A stretch of 50,408 bases of DNA, taken from assembly GCA_047606965.1 (NCBI GenBank), contig JASGDW010000102.1, positions 1 through 50,408 on the forward strand. The letters run 5' to 3'. The stretch comes from Microbacterium sp. Lineage in GTDB: Bacteria; Actinomycetota; Actinomycetes; Actinomycetales; Microbacteriaceae. The notes beneath the pieces were generated by a model, which was not told where the DNA came from, searched no databases, and saw only the letters and a list, made by a program, of their open reading frames with translations. Shown here one piece after another: positions 18,778 through 27,400 of this stretch. The translations under genes were made by a program, and so were the position numbers. Position 1 is the first letter of the stretch. Every line of letters starts with the position of its first letter.

Positions 18778-19674
18778 TCAGTCGGCGACTTCGCGCACCC
18801 GCGCGACGATACGGTCGTAGGCGGCGGCGACCACGTCGCGGGGAGAGCCGAGGATGTTGAAGCCGTGGCCCACGCCCGGGACGTCGAGGTGCTCGCGCAG
18901 GGCCCCGTCCCGTTCCAGCCGGTCGGCGTAGCGTCTCCCCTCCGGGCCGAGGATGTCCTTCTCGGTCGTGATGACCAGCGCGGGGGCGATGCCCGCCAGA
19001 CTGGCGGTGTCGGCGGGACCGGCGGGCGAGATCAGGCGGTCCGCACGCGCCGTCTTGTCGGGACAGTACACCGTGTCGAAGACCGGGCCCATGCGCACCA
19101 GGAACTTCTCGGTGCCCTCGATGTGCTTGGCCGAGGCCGAGACCGTCAGATCCAGCGGCGGATACATGAGCACCTGCAGCGCGATCTGCGGCCCACCCTG
19201 TTCGAGCGCGAGCCGGGCGACGCCCGCCGCCAGCGCACCGCCCGCCGACTGCCCTCCGACCACGAGCGGGCCGCCGGCCCAGTCGCGCTCGGGGGATGCG
19301 GCCCACACCGCCGCGTCGTACGCCTGCTCCACGGACCCGGGCGCACGCAGCTGCGGGGCCGGGGTGTAGTCGAGGTTGACGACCGTGATCCCGGCGTGCT
19401 CGGCGATGTACCGGCACTGCGGATCGTCCTGCTCCGGATGACGGAAGACGAAACCGCCCCCGTGGAGGTTGAGGTAGACGCCCGCGCGTGCGGCCCCCTC
19501 GGCGGGGTGGTACACCTGTGCGGCCACCTCGCCGTGCCGGGTGGGGATCGTCACCTGAGAGGTGCGACCGGGTATCTCGGCGAAACTGGTCTCCTCGGAC
19601 TCCCGTCCCGCCGCCGGCGCCTTCTGCGCGAGCTTCGCGATGGAATCCGCCAGCCACAACGGCAGACCTGGCAT
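18778..19674 (-). CDS. Alpha/beta hydrolase, HSL/family IV esterase
   Basis: HGGG oxyanion motif, GQSAGG nucleophile, EKDIL acid and GHGF His. Start ATG 19674 (MPGLPLW) behind AAGGAG. Confidence 0.9.
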   Translation of the reverse strand: MPGLPLWLADSIAKLAQKAPAAGRESEETSFAEIPGRTSQVTIPTRHGEVAAQVYHPAEGAARAGVYLNLHGGGFVFRHPEQDDPQCRYIAEHAGITVVNLDYTPAPQLRAPGSVEQAYDAAVWAASPERDWAGGPLVVGGQSAGGALAAGVARLALEQGGPQIALQVLMYPPLDLTVSASAKHIEGTEKFLVRMGPVFDTVYCPDKTARADRLISPAGPADTASLAGIAPALVITTEKDILGPEGRRYADRLERDGALREHLDVPGVGHGFNILGSPRDVVAAAYDRIVARVREVAD

Positions 19675-19766
19675 AGTTCCTGTGCTCCTTCGTCTCGGAA
19701 GCCCCCGGGCGGGGCGAGTGAGTGCGTGCGATTGATCCGTCTGCGAGAGGGCCGACCTGCTGGACT

Positions 19767-21242
19767 CTACGCCTCCGCGCCGCGCGGTGCGCGACGCGCG
19801 ACGGGGATGAGAAGGCCCACCACGACGGCGGCCAGCGCGGCGGCGGCGCCGATCGCGAGCGTCAGCTGGAAGCCGCCGAGCTCGGGGACGCTGTTCCCGC
19901 CGACCTCCTGAACGAAGCTGGCGAGGGCGACGCCGATCACCGCGGATGCGGCGCTGGTGCCGACCGAGCGGACCAGGGTGTTGAACGCGTTCGCAGCCGC
20001 GGTCTCGTCGGCCGCGACGCCGCCCATCACCAGCATCGGGATCGCGCCGTACGCCAGGCCCACACCGGCGCTGATCACGACGGTGGCGGCCACCAGACCC
20101 CAGATCGCGCCGATCCACAGCAGCGAGACGCCGTAGCCGGCGGCGACGACGAACGCGCCGGCGACCAGGGTGGCCTTCGGGCCGCGCCAGGCCGTGAGGC
20201 GTGCGCCGAGGGGCGAGACGAGCATCATCGTCACCCCGCTCGGGATGAGCCACAGGGCCATCTGCAGCATGCTCTGCCCCAGGCCGTAGCCGGTCTCGGT
20301 CGGCAGCTGCAGGAGCTGCGGGATCACGAGGGACTGCGCGTACATCGCGAAACCGATCAGGAAGGACGCGACGTTGGTCACCGCGACCGAGCCCGAGGCG
20401 AGCGAGCGCAGGTTCACCAGCGGCGAGCGCGACCGCAGCTGCTGGAGGACCCAGACGCCGAGCAGGAGCGCCGCGGCGACGGCGCATCCGATCGTCGCGC
20501 CGCTGACCCAACCCCATTGCGCGCCCTTGGAGACCGCCAGCAGCAGGCAGACCAGGCTCGCCGCCAGCAGCACCGCACCGAGCAGGTCGAACCTCCGACC
20601 GTCACGCTGCGCCCGGGCGCCCCCGGGGATCACCCACAGCGCGAGCACCAGACACGCCGCGGCAAGACCCGCGAACGCCCAGAACATGCCGCGCCAGCTC
20701 GCGTACTCCGCGATCGCGGCGGCGACCGGCAACGCGATCGCGCCGCCGATGCCCATGGACGCGCTCATCATCGCGACGGCGGAGCCCACGCGCTCGGCGG
20801 GCAGAACCTCGCGCAGCAGGCTGATGCCGAGCGGGATCACGCCCATGCCGAGTCCCTGCAGCGCGCGGCCGGCGATCATCGGGATCAGCGAGCCGGACAG
20901 CGCGCACAGCACCGATCCGGCGATCAGCGGGATCAGGCTGACGAGGATCATCCGCCGGCGGCCGAACAGGTCGCCAAGCCGTCCGACCGTGGGAACCGCC
21001 GCGGCGGAGGCCAGCAGGGTCGCCGTCACCGCCCAGGCGGTGTCGGCGGCGGGCGCGTCCAGCAGCGACGGCAGCTGTCCGATGAGCGGGACGATCAGGG
21101 TCTGCATCCCGGCGGCGACGACACCCGTGATCGCAAGGACGAGCACGATCGCGCGGGCGCGGCCGGCCGATACGCCGGTCGGCGCGGGGACGGACGCGGG
21201 CGGCGCAGCGGGCGACGTCCGGGCGGGCGGGCTGATGGTCAT
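19767..21242 (-). CDS. MFS transporter, DHA2-like (14 TM)
   Basis: GRLGDLFGRRR, GRALQGLG, WRGMF and FDLLGA. Start ATG 21242 (MTISPP). Confidence 0.88.
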   Translation of the reverse strand: MTISPPARTSPAAPPASVPAPTGVSAGRARAIVLVLAITGVVAAGMQTLIVPLIGQLPSLLDAPAADTAWAVTATLLASAAAVPTVGRLGDLFGRRRMILVSLIPLIAGSVLCALSGSLIPMIAGRALQGLGMGVIPLGISLLREVLPAERVGSAVAMMSASMGIGGAIALPVAAAIAEYASWRGMFWAFAGLAAACLVLALWVIPGGARAQRDGRRFDLLGAVLLAASLVCLLLAVSKGAQWGWVSGATIGCAVAAALLLGVWVLQQLRSRSPLVNLRSLASGSVAVTNVASFLIGFAMYAQSLVIPQLLQLPTETGYGLGQSMLQMALWLIPSGVTMMLVSPLGARLTAWRGPKATLVAGAFVVAAGYGVSLLWIGAIWGLVAATVVISAGVGLAYGAIPMLVMGGVAADETAAANAFNTLVRSVGTSAASAVIGVALASFVQEVGGNSVPELGGFQLTLAIGAAAALAAVVVGLLIPVARRAPRGAEA

Positions 21243-21302
21243 GGGCGTGGTCCTCTCGGGGGGATCGCGTCGGGTCGACGTCCATCGACGTCGGCGACTC
21301 CG

Positions 21303-21369
21303 ATCCTCCCGGCTCGGCAGCCGCCGCGGATCGTCCGTGGAGAGCGACCGCGCTACTCCATGCGCAGTA
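21303..21369 (-). promoter_or_regulatory. Response-regulator promoter copy 1 (toward MFS 21242)
   Basis: Minus strand: TACTGCG-CA-TGGAGTA, N17, GGACGA, N22, GAGGAT. Confidence 0.75.
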
Positions 21370-21404
21370 CCGCCGCGAGACCGGAGGTGTAGGGTCAGAA
21401 AATA

Positions 21405-21416
21405 AGACATGCGTCT
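21405..21416. promoter_or_regulatory. Short palindrome AGAC-ATGC-GTCT, possible repressor operator of the SDR gene
   Basis: Lies just downstream of the -10-like TAGGGT (21390-21395), with A-rich flanks. Confidence 0.35.
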
Positions 21417-21463
21417 CGAAATGTCCTCGACCCGACGGACAGGTCGCACGGAGGAGAGCGGAC

Positions 21464-22297
21464 ATGAAGGACGTGCTCGTCGTCATCGGCGTCGGGGGCA
21501 TGGGCGAGACCATCGCCAGGCGCCTGGCCCCGGGCCGCCGCACCGTGATCGCCGACTACGACGAACGGCTGCTGGCGGATCTGGCGGAACGCATGGAGGT
21601 CGACGGCTTCGACGTGGCGACCGCCGCGGTCGACGTGTCGTCCCGGGCGTCGGTGCAGGCGCTGGCGGCCTTCGCCGCCGGGCAGGGCCCGGTGCGCACC
21701 GTGGTGGACACGGCGGGGCTGTCGCCTGCCCAGGCACCCCTGGAGGCGATCCTGCGTGTCGACCTGGTGGGCGTCGCGCTCGTGCTCGACGAGTTCGCCG
21801 GCGTCGTCGCACCGGGGGCGGCCGGGGTGGTCATCTCCAGCTCGTCCAGCTACATCTCCGGCAGCTTCACCCCGGAGCAGCAGAACGCGATCCGCACCGC
21901 CCGGGCCGAGGATCTGCTGGATCTGCCCTTCTTCGCGCCCGAGGCGCTCGGCAGCGCCGGGGCCGCCTACGGCCTGTCCAAGCTCGCCAACCGCCTCCAG
22001 GTCCAGGAGGCCAGCGCCTCCTGGGGCAAGCGGGGCGCGCGCGTGAACAGCGTAAGCCCGGGGGTCATCTCCACCGCGATGGGCAGGCGGGAGCTGTCGA
22101 CGCCGTCGGGCGCGTTCATGCGCGCGATGGTCGAGAGCTCCGGCACCGGCCGGCTCGGCACCCCCAGCGACATCGCGGATGCGGTGACCTTCCTCGTGGG
22201 ACCGCAGGCGACCTACATCACCGGCGTCGACCTGCTGGTCGACGGCGGCAACGTCGCCGCCGTGGCCACCGGCCGCGTGGCGCTGCCCGGCCGATGA
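21464..22297 (+). CDS. SDR-family NAD(P)-dependent oxidoreductase
   Basis: GVGGMG Rossmann motif, DTAG, catalytic YGLSK, RVNSVSPG and YITG...VDGG; GGAG SD. Confidence 0.9.
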   Translation: MKDVLVVIGVGGMGETIARRLAPGRRTVIADYDERLLADLAERMEVDGFDVATAAVDVSSRASVQALAAFAAGQGPVRTVVDTAGLSPAQAPLEAILRVDLVGVALVLDEFAGVVAPGAAGVVISSSSSYISGSFTPEQQNAIRTARAEDLLDLPFFAPEALGSAGAAYGLSKLANRLQVQEASASWGKRGARVNSVSPGVISTAMGRRELSTPSGAFMRAMVESSGTGRLGTPSDIADAVTFLVGPQATYITGVDLLVDGGNVAAVATGRVALPGR

Positions 22298-22300
22298 CCC

Positions 22301-22324
22301 GGCGGAGAGTCCCGGCTCTCCGCC
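22301..22324. terminator. Hairpin between convergent genes (possible bidirectional terminator)
   Basis: GGCGGAGAG-TCCCGG-CTCTCCGCC, a 9-bp stem between the stops at 22297 and 22327. Confidence 0.55.
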
Positions 22325-22326
22325 TC

Positions 22327-22905
22327 TCAGGCCAGAAGCCTGCTGGCCTGCCCCGCCGTCTCATAGAGGACGTCGTGCTCGCGGTCGATCAGGGGAGACA
22401 CGCGCGTGACACGGCGCCCGCGGACCACGCCGTAGGCGAGGAAGCCCCCGAGCCACAGCAGCAGGCCCACGGCGCCGAGCACGATCGACAGCGCCAGCAG
22501 AGCCGCGTTCATCGAGAACATCGCCCCCGCCAGCAGCGCGGCGCCCACGATCCCGAACCCGATCGCGGCGGCGATCGCGGACGAGGTCTTCGAGCGCTCC
22601 ATCCGGGCGATCGCCGCGAGGCTCTTCTCCGCCTTGCGCTGCAGCTCCTGGACCAGCTGACGGTTGCGGATGCCGCGGTCGCGCTTGAGCCGGAGGGTGA
22701 CCGAGCTCGGCCGGATCGCGGGGGTCAGCGGCAGCGGCCTGATGGGATCGGCGACCTCCGTGCCCTCGACGACCCACCCGAATCCCCGGTAGGTGTCCTG
22801 GTACAGCGACTCGAGGTCGCGCGGCGCCCGCACGGAGACGTACTCGTACGCGACGTACGAGGCGCCGCCGTCGGCGGAGGTGGACGAGGTCTGGTCGATG
22901 GTCAT
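22327..22905 (-). CDS. Hypothetical membrane protein (soluble N-domain, coiled segment, 2 C-terminal TM helices)
   Basis: High GC3 codon usage and AGGAG SD before ATG 22905; YEY...YRGFGW and LKRDRGIRNR segments; preceded by a response-regulator promoter. Confidence 0.8.
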   Translation of the reverse strand: MTIDQTSSTSADGGASYVAYEYVSVRAPRDLESLYQDTYRGFGWVVEGTEVADPIRPLPLTPAIRPSSVTLRLKRDRGIRNRQLVQELQRKAEKSLAAIARMERSKTSSAIAAAIGFGIVGAALLAGAMFSMNAALLALSIVLGAVGLLLWLGGFLAYGVVRGRRVTRVSPLIDREHDVLYETAGQASRLLA

Positions 22906-22974
22906 TTCTCTGCGCTCCTGCACGGTGATGGACGGGGTTCCCGCGGATCCACGTCGGGATCCGTCATGTCACCG

Positions 22975-23041
22975 ATCGTGCCGGGATCCCGCGCCGGGCG
23001 AATCGTCCAGGCAGCGCGCGGCGGGTACTGCGTCCGGAGTA
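22975..23041 (-). promoter_or_regulatory. Response-regulator promoter copy 2 (toward gene 22905, divergent from the kinase)
   Basis: Minus strand: TACTCCG-GA-CGCAGTA, N17, GGACGA, N22, CACGAT. Confidence 0.8.
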
Positions 23042-23093
23042 TTCCGCACGCCACGCACGGACACACGGTCCGGACGATGGCAGGATCGCCCTC

Positions 23094-24263
23094 GTGAGCA
23101 TCGCCCCGAAGACCCCGCGCAGATCGCCCCCGCCGTGGGATCGCGTGTCGTCCGTCTTCACGCTGGTCACCCTCGGCATCATGCTGGTCGCCGTCGTCGT
23201 CAACGCCGCGACCTTCGTGATCAACGACGTCCCGCCGCTGGCCTACGTGGCCGTCGTGCTGTCCGCGACGGGCGTCGCGCTGGCTCTCCGCCGGCCGTAC
23301 ACGGGCCTCGCGCTCGTCGTCGCCGCCGCTCCCGCGGCGGTGGCCGCATCCGCCGTCTCGACCGGGATCTGGTCGATCGCCTGCTTCTACGCCCTCCTGG
23401 TGACGCTGCGCGGCTCATCGGCGCTGATCACGGGCGCGGTGGTGGCGATCTCCAACTTCGTCGCGGCGGGCTGGGAAGTGGGCACGATCGACGTGCACAT
23501 CAACGCGAGCGCCTCGATCGCCGCGTTCGCCGCGATCGTCGCCGCCGCCATCGGCAGCGCGATCCGGGGCAACCTGCAGTACCGCAAGGAGGTCGAGCAG
23601 CGGATGCGCGAGGCCGAGCTGTCGCAGGAGACGGCCGTGGAGCGGGGCGTCGCCCAGGAGCGTCTGCGCATCGCCCGGGACCTGCACGACAGCGTCGGCC
23701 ACCAGGTGGCGGTGGTCAACATGCGCCTGGGCGCGGCCGAGGTGCATCTGCCCCCGGACGCGGATGCGGCCCGCGCCGATCTCGCCTCCGCCCGCGAAGC
23801 CGCCCAGGCCGTGCTGCGGGAGACGCAGGAGATCCTCCGTGTGCTGCGCATAGGCGACGACCCCGCCCGCGCCGAGCACACGTTCCGCTCCATCCCCGAG
23901 CTCGTGCAGCGCTGCCGCGACGCGGGCATGCAGATCGAGGACGACATCTCCGACCCACCCCCGGACATCTCCCCGCAGGCCAGCGCGGCGATCTACCGGA
24001 TCGTGCAGGAGGCGCTCACCAACGCCCAGAAGTACGGGGTGGGCGCGGTCTCCCTCGCCGTGCGCAGCACCGCCGACGACGTCCGCATCCAGGTGGTGAA
24101 CATGCGCGGCGCGCACAGGGCTGCCCCGCCCGGGCACGGCGGGAACGGCCTGGTGGGGATGCGCGAGCGCGCGGAGTCGACGGGCGGCACACTGGAGATA
24201 CGTTCCGAGGAGCGACTGTTCTGGCTCGACGCCGTGATTCCCGTGCGAGGAGGGACCATCTGA
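23094..24263 (+). CDS. Membrane sensor histidine kinase (HisKA_3, intramembrane-sensing type)
   Basis: About 5-6 N-terminal TM helices with no extracellular domain; H-box ERLRIARDLHDSVGH, N-box YRIVQEALTNAQKY and G-box GNGLVGMRER. Confidence 0.93.
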   Translation: MSIAPKTPRRSPPPWDRVSSVFTLVTLGIMLVAVVVNAATFVINDVPPLAYVAVVLSATGVALALRRPYTGLALVVAAAPAAVAASAVSTGIWSIACFYALLVTLRGSSALITGAVVAISNFVAAGWEVGTIDVHINASASIAAFAAIVAAAIGSAIRGNLQYRKEVEQRMREAELSQETAVERGVAQERLRIARDLHDSVGHQVAVVNMRLGAAEVHLPPDADAARADLASAREAAQAVLRETQEILRVLRIGDDPARAEHTFRSIPELVQRCRDAGMQIEDDISDPPPDISPQASAAIYRIVQEALTNAQKYGVGAVSLAVRSTADDVRIQVVNMRGAHRAAPPGHGGNGLVGMRERAESTGGTLEIRSEERLFWLDAVIPVRGGTI

Positions 24264-24922
24264 TGGTGACCGTGATGCTGGTGGACGACCAGGAGATGAT
24301 CCGCGCCGGTCTGCGGGTGATCCTCGAGGCCCACCCCGACCTCGAGGTGGCCTGCGAGGCCGGGGACGGCCTGACGGCCCTGGACCTGTTGGCCGCGACG
24401 CCGGTCGATGTGGTGCTGCTGGATCTGAACATGCCGGGGATCGACGGCGTGGAGACCACGCGCCGCATCCGCGCCACCCACGGCTCCTCGCCGCGGATCC
24501 TCGTGCTGACGACCTTCGACCAGGACGAGAACGTGGTCAAGGCGCTGCGCGCCGGAGCCGACGGCTTCTTCGGCAAGGGCGCGGGTCCCGCCGAGCTGTC
24601 CGCCGGCATCCTGAGGGTCGCCCAGGGCGAGAACGCGCTGTCTGCTGCGGCGATCGGCGCACTGGTCGGCCATCTCAACGACGCGCCCGAGGCTCCGGAG
24701 ATCGATCCGGCCGCCGCCGAGCTGTTCACGCAGCTCACGCCGCGCGAGCTGGAGGTCGTGCGACTGATCGTGGACGGCCTGGACAACGCCGAGATCGGAC
24801 GACGCATCTTCATCTCGCCGTTCACCGTCAAGACGCACGCGAACCGCGCGATGATGAAGGTCGCGGCGCGGGACCGGGCGCATCTGGTCTCGCTCGCGGT
24901 GCAGGCCGGGATCCGCCCGTGA
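24263..24922 (+). CDS. NarL/FixJ (LuxR-HTH) response regulator
   Basis: LVDDQ, phospho-Asp in LLDLNMP, LTTF, and HTH LTPRE...GLDNAEIGRRIFISPFTVKTH. ATG overlaps the kinase stop (TGATG). Confidence 0.93.
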   Translation: MVTVMLVDDQEMIRAGLRVILEAHPDLEVACEAGDGLTALDLLAATPVDVVLLDLNMPGIDGVETTRRIRATHGSSPRILVLTTFDQDENVVKALRAGADGFFGKGAGPAELSAGILRVAQGENALSAAAIGALVGHLNDAPEAPEIDPAAAELFTQLTPRELEVVRLIVDGLDNAEIGRRIFISPFTVKTHANRAMMKVAARDRAHLVSLAVQAGIRP

Positions 24923-24930
24923 CGGCCGTG

Positions 24931-24997
24931 TCGTACGTGCGCAGTATGTGAGGCGGTCCGAGGGGACGACGCGCGCCGCCCGCGCCGTCACCAGACT
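24931..24997 (+). promoter_or_regulatory. Response-regulator promoter copy 3 (toward the 29-aa ORF)
   Basis: TCGTACG-TG-CGCAGTA, N17, GGACGA, N22, CAGACT. Confidence 0.75.
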
Positions 24998-25048
24998 GGG
25001 GACACATCGCAAGCGAAGCGTCCCCGGGCGCAGCACGAAGGAGCAGAC

Positions 25049-25138
25049 ATGAGCACTCGCACGAAGGTCCTGGGCGCAGGAGCCGTCGCCGCCGTCATCG
25101 CGACGATCGGCGTCGTCATCGCACGTCGGGCGCGATGA
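25049..25138 (+). CDS. 29-aa single-TM small protein MSTRTKVLGAGAVAAVIATIGVVIARRAR (not in the ORF track)
   Basis: AAGGAG SD with normal spacing. The TGA stop overlaps the next ATG (ATGA 25135-25138). Hydrophobic core flanked by basic residues. Confidence 0.7.
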   Translation: MSTRTKVLGAGAVAAVIATIGVVIARRAR

Positions 25139-25953
25139 GAGCCATCCGCCCGCGTGTTCCTGCCGCGTCCGGGAGCGGGCGCGGCAGGAACACGCTCTAT
25201 GGACGCGTCGCCTCCCATCGGCTGGTGGTGAGGATGAGGGACACCGGCAGACGCAACGTGTACTTCTCGGCCGCCGCCGTTCCCGGACATCTGGTCATGG
25301 CGGGCTGGAAGGGCAGCCTGATGCTCGTCGCCCCGTCGCTGTTCATTCTCGGCAACGTCGTGTTCACGCTGGGCCTCGCCGGCGCCAAGACGCTCATCGT
25401 CGTCTCCGACCGCCAGAGCCGCCGCGGCTCGATGACCGCCGCGCGCACCGCCTACCGCTGGGGAGGCGGCCTGCTGGTGGTCCTCGCCGTCGCCTACATC
25501 GCCTGCTGCATCCCGTACCTCGTGGGGTCCACGTCCACCGATGAGTATGCCTACGCGATCGCCATCGCGATCGCGACGGTGACCTTCGTCGAGCTGGGCT
25601 TCTCCGTGCACGGCCTGTTCTCCTCGCGCAGACGCGGCGACCTGCTGATGGAGCTGAACAAGTTCGGCAACCTCGCCGCCTCGCTGATCCTGCTGGTGCT
25701 GACCCAGACGGCGCTGCTGTCGATGGCCGCCGACGGCGATCACACCTTCTACAACGGCGTGTGCGGGGTCATCATGGGAGCCCTGGTCGCGATCATCGGT
25801 CTCTACATGCTGCTGCACCGGCTCCCCGAGCCCGTACCCGGGGAGCCCTCCGGCCTGCTCCGCGGGGACGCCGCCACGCCCGGCGCCCTGCGGGACGAGG
25901 AGAAGGCTCAGGCGCCGGACGCCGTCTCCGAGCGGCCTGCTCGGGCGTCGTAG
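25135..25953 (+). CDS. Hypothetical polytopic membrane protein (about 6 TM)
   Basis: Multiple hydrophobic helices, typical codon usage, translationally coupled to the 29-aa ORF. Confidence 0.8.
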   Translation: MRAIRPRVPAASGSGRGRNTLYGRVASHRLVVRMRDTGRRNVYFSAAAVPGHLVMAGWKGSLMLVAPSLFILGNVVFTLGLAGAKTLIVVSDRQSRRGSMTAARTAYRWGGGLLVVLAVAYIACCIPYLVGSTSTDEYAYAIAIAIATVTFVELGFSVHGLFSSRRRGDLLMELNKFGNLAASLILLVLTQTALLSMAADGDHTFYNGVCGVIMGALVAIIGLYMLLHRLPEPVPGEPSGLLRGDAATPGALRDEEKAQAPDAVSERPARAS

Positions 25954-26342
25954 GACGCGCGAGCCTCCTGCACCTCCGGCAGATGCTCGACGGCCCAGGC
26001 CGCGAGGGCCGTCGTGATCTCGATCAGCCCCGCCCCGAGCCCCGTCAACGCGTATTCGACGCGCGGGGGGACCTCGGCGTGGACCGTGCGGGAGACCAGG
26101 CCGTCGCGCTCGAGCTGACGCAGGGTGCGCGTCAGCATCCGCTGCGAGATGCCCGGGATCTGCTGGTGCAGCTCGCTGAAGCGCAGGGTCCGCTCGCGGA
26201 GCACGCTGATCACCAGGAGCGACCATTTGTCGCCCACCCGGTCGAGGACGTCGCGGATCGCCGCGCCTTCGGGGGTCCTCCGGCAGGAGTCCTTCTGCGC
26301 GCCTCGTGACGCGACGGCGTCCGCAATCGGTACGGCTGACAT
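25908..26342 (-). CDS. HxlR-family winged-helix regulator
   Basis: N-terminal Cys, DVLDRVGDKWS, RFSEL...ISQRMLTRTLRQLERDGLV and VPPRVEYALT. Start ATG 26342. Confidence 0.9.
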   Translation of the reverse strand: MSAVPIADAVASRGAQKDSCRRTPEGAAIRDVLDRVGDKWSLLVISVLRERTLRFSELHQQIPGISQRMLTRTLRQLERDGLVSRTVHAEVPPRVEYALTGLGAGLIEITTALAAWAVEHLPEVQEARASYDARAGRSETASGA

Positions 26343-26483
26343 GGTCGATCCTTCGCTGATGGTCGGCGACGCGGGCCGCTGACATGGATGTGCCTTTTGC
26401 ACCGCCCGGCGGGAGGTGCGAGATTGGGCGCATACGCACAGTAACCGACCGCACGGCCGGTAACCGCATCGGAAAGGCTCCTT

Positions 26484-26852
26484 ATGACCATCGCCCTGTG
26501 GATCGTGAACATCGTCCTCGCCCTCGTGTACCTCGCCGCCGGTGCCATGAAGGCGCTGCGGCCCGCCTCCGCCCTCAAGGAGAGCGGGATGCCATGGGTC
26601 GAGGACTTCGCGCCCGGAACCGTCAAGCTCATCGGAATCGCGGAGGTCGTCGGCGCGGTGGGGCTCATCGTCCCCTTCGCGACCGGCATCGCCGCCGTGC
26701 TGACCCCGATCGCGTCGACCGCGCTGACGGTCATCATGATCGGCGCGGTCGTCGTGCACCTGCGCCGCAAGGAGAACGCCCTCGTCCAGGTCGTCCTGAC
26801 CCTCGTGACCGCCGTGAGCGCCGTCCTGGGCTTCCTGGTCGTCCTCGGGTGA
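26484..26852 (+). CDS. DoxX-family membrane protein
   Basis: AAGAMK, IGIAEVVGAVGLI and MIGAVVVHLRRKE; divergent from HxlR, a common pairing. Confidence 0.88.
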   Translation: MTIALWIVNIVLALVYLAAGAMKALRPASALKESGMPWVEDFAPGTVKLIGIAEVVGAVGLIVPFATGIAAVLTPIASTALTVIMIGAVVVHLRRKENALVQVVLTLVTAVSAVLGFLVVLG

Positions 26853-26866
26853 CGCAGGAGCCGACC

Positions 26867-26965
26867 GTCCAGGTCGGGATCATGCCGGTCGGCGAGCATC
26901 ACAACCCGCCGTTCTTCGCCAACAACCTCGTCGCACCGCCGGGCCGAACCGCGGCGACAGCCTGA
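26867..26965 (+). pseudogene. Collapsed relic of an LLM-class (luciferase-like) flavin oxidoreductase gene
   Basis: AGGAG SD followed by a non-start codon GTC. Reads VQVGIMPV-GEHHNPPFF-ANNLVAP..., juxtaposing motifs that, as I recall them, lie far apart in actinobacterial LLM proteins. Confidence 0.55.
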
Positions 26966-27049
26966 CCCCAGGAGCGCCCTGCGTCGACCTCCGCTGAGAC
27001 GCGCGGAGGGTCCCGCGAGCGCCTGCCCCCGGAGCCCTCCGGCAGATCG

Positions 27050-27355
27050 TCAGCGGCACTCCAGCGCGATCAAGTCGCCGATCCCGCACAGCTCCGTCTG
27101 CCCGGCGAGGGTCACGACCGAGGCCACCGCGACGACGATCAGCACGACCGTGCCCACCGCGCCGAGGATGACGCCCCCCAGGGCCAGGCCGTTCGTGCGG
27201 CGGGCTCTGCGGCCCTGGACGAACGCGACGAGGCTCAGGACCAGCCCGACGGGGGCGAAGGCCGCCAGCAGCGAGAGCACGAACCCGGCGACGCCGAGCG
27301 CGCGGCCGGGCAGCGGGAGCGCCGGCGGCGCAACGGGGACGGAAGTGGTGGTCAT
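27050..27355 (-). CDS. Small 2-TM membrane protein (DUF4190-like)
   Basis: ALGVAGFVLSLL...GLVLSLVA...NGLALGGVILG pattern; AGGAG SD; last gene of the ABC export operon. Confidence 0.75.
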   Translation of the reverse strand: MTTTSVPVAPPALPLPGRALGVAGFVLSLLAAFAPVGLVLSLVAFVQGRRARRTNGLALGGVILGAVGTVVLIVVAVASVVTLAGQTELCGIGDLIALECR

Positions 27356-27400
27356 GGGATCTTCTCCTGGGTATCGAGGATGGATGGGGGATGGTCTTCG

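Noticed and set aside
26390-26465. GTGC-N5-GCAC palindrome and repeated GTAACC in the hxlR/doxX intergenic region; also a CACAGTA resembling the response-regulator half-site
   Set aside because: Plausible HxlR sites, but too short to support. The 7-2-7 repeat and the N17/N22 spacing are absent, so this is not a sixth regulon promoter.
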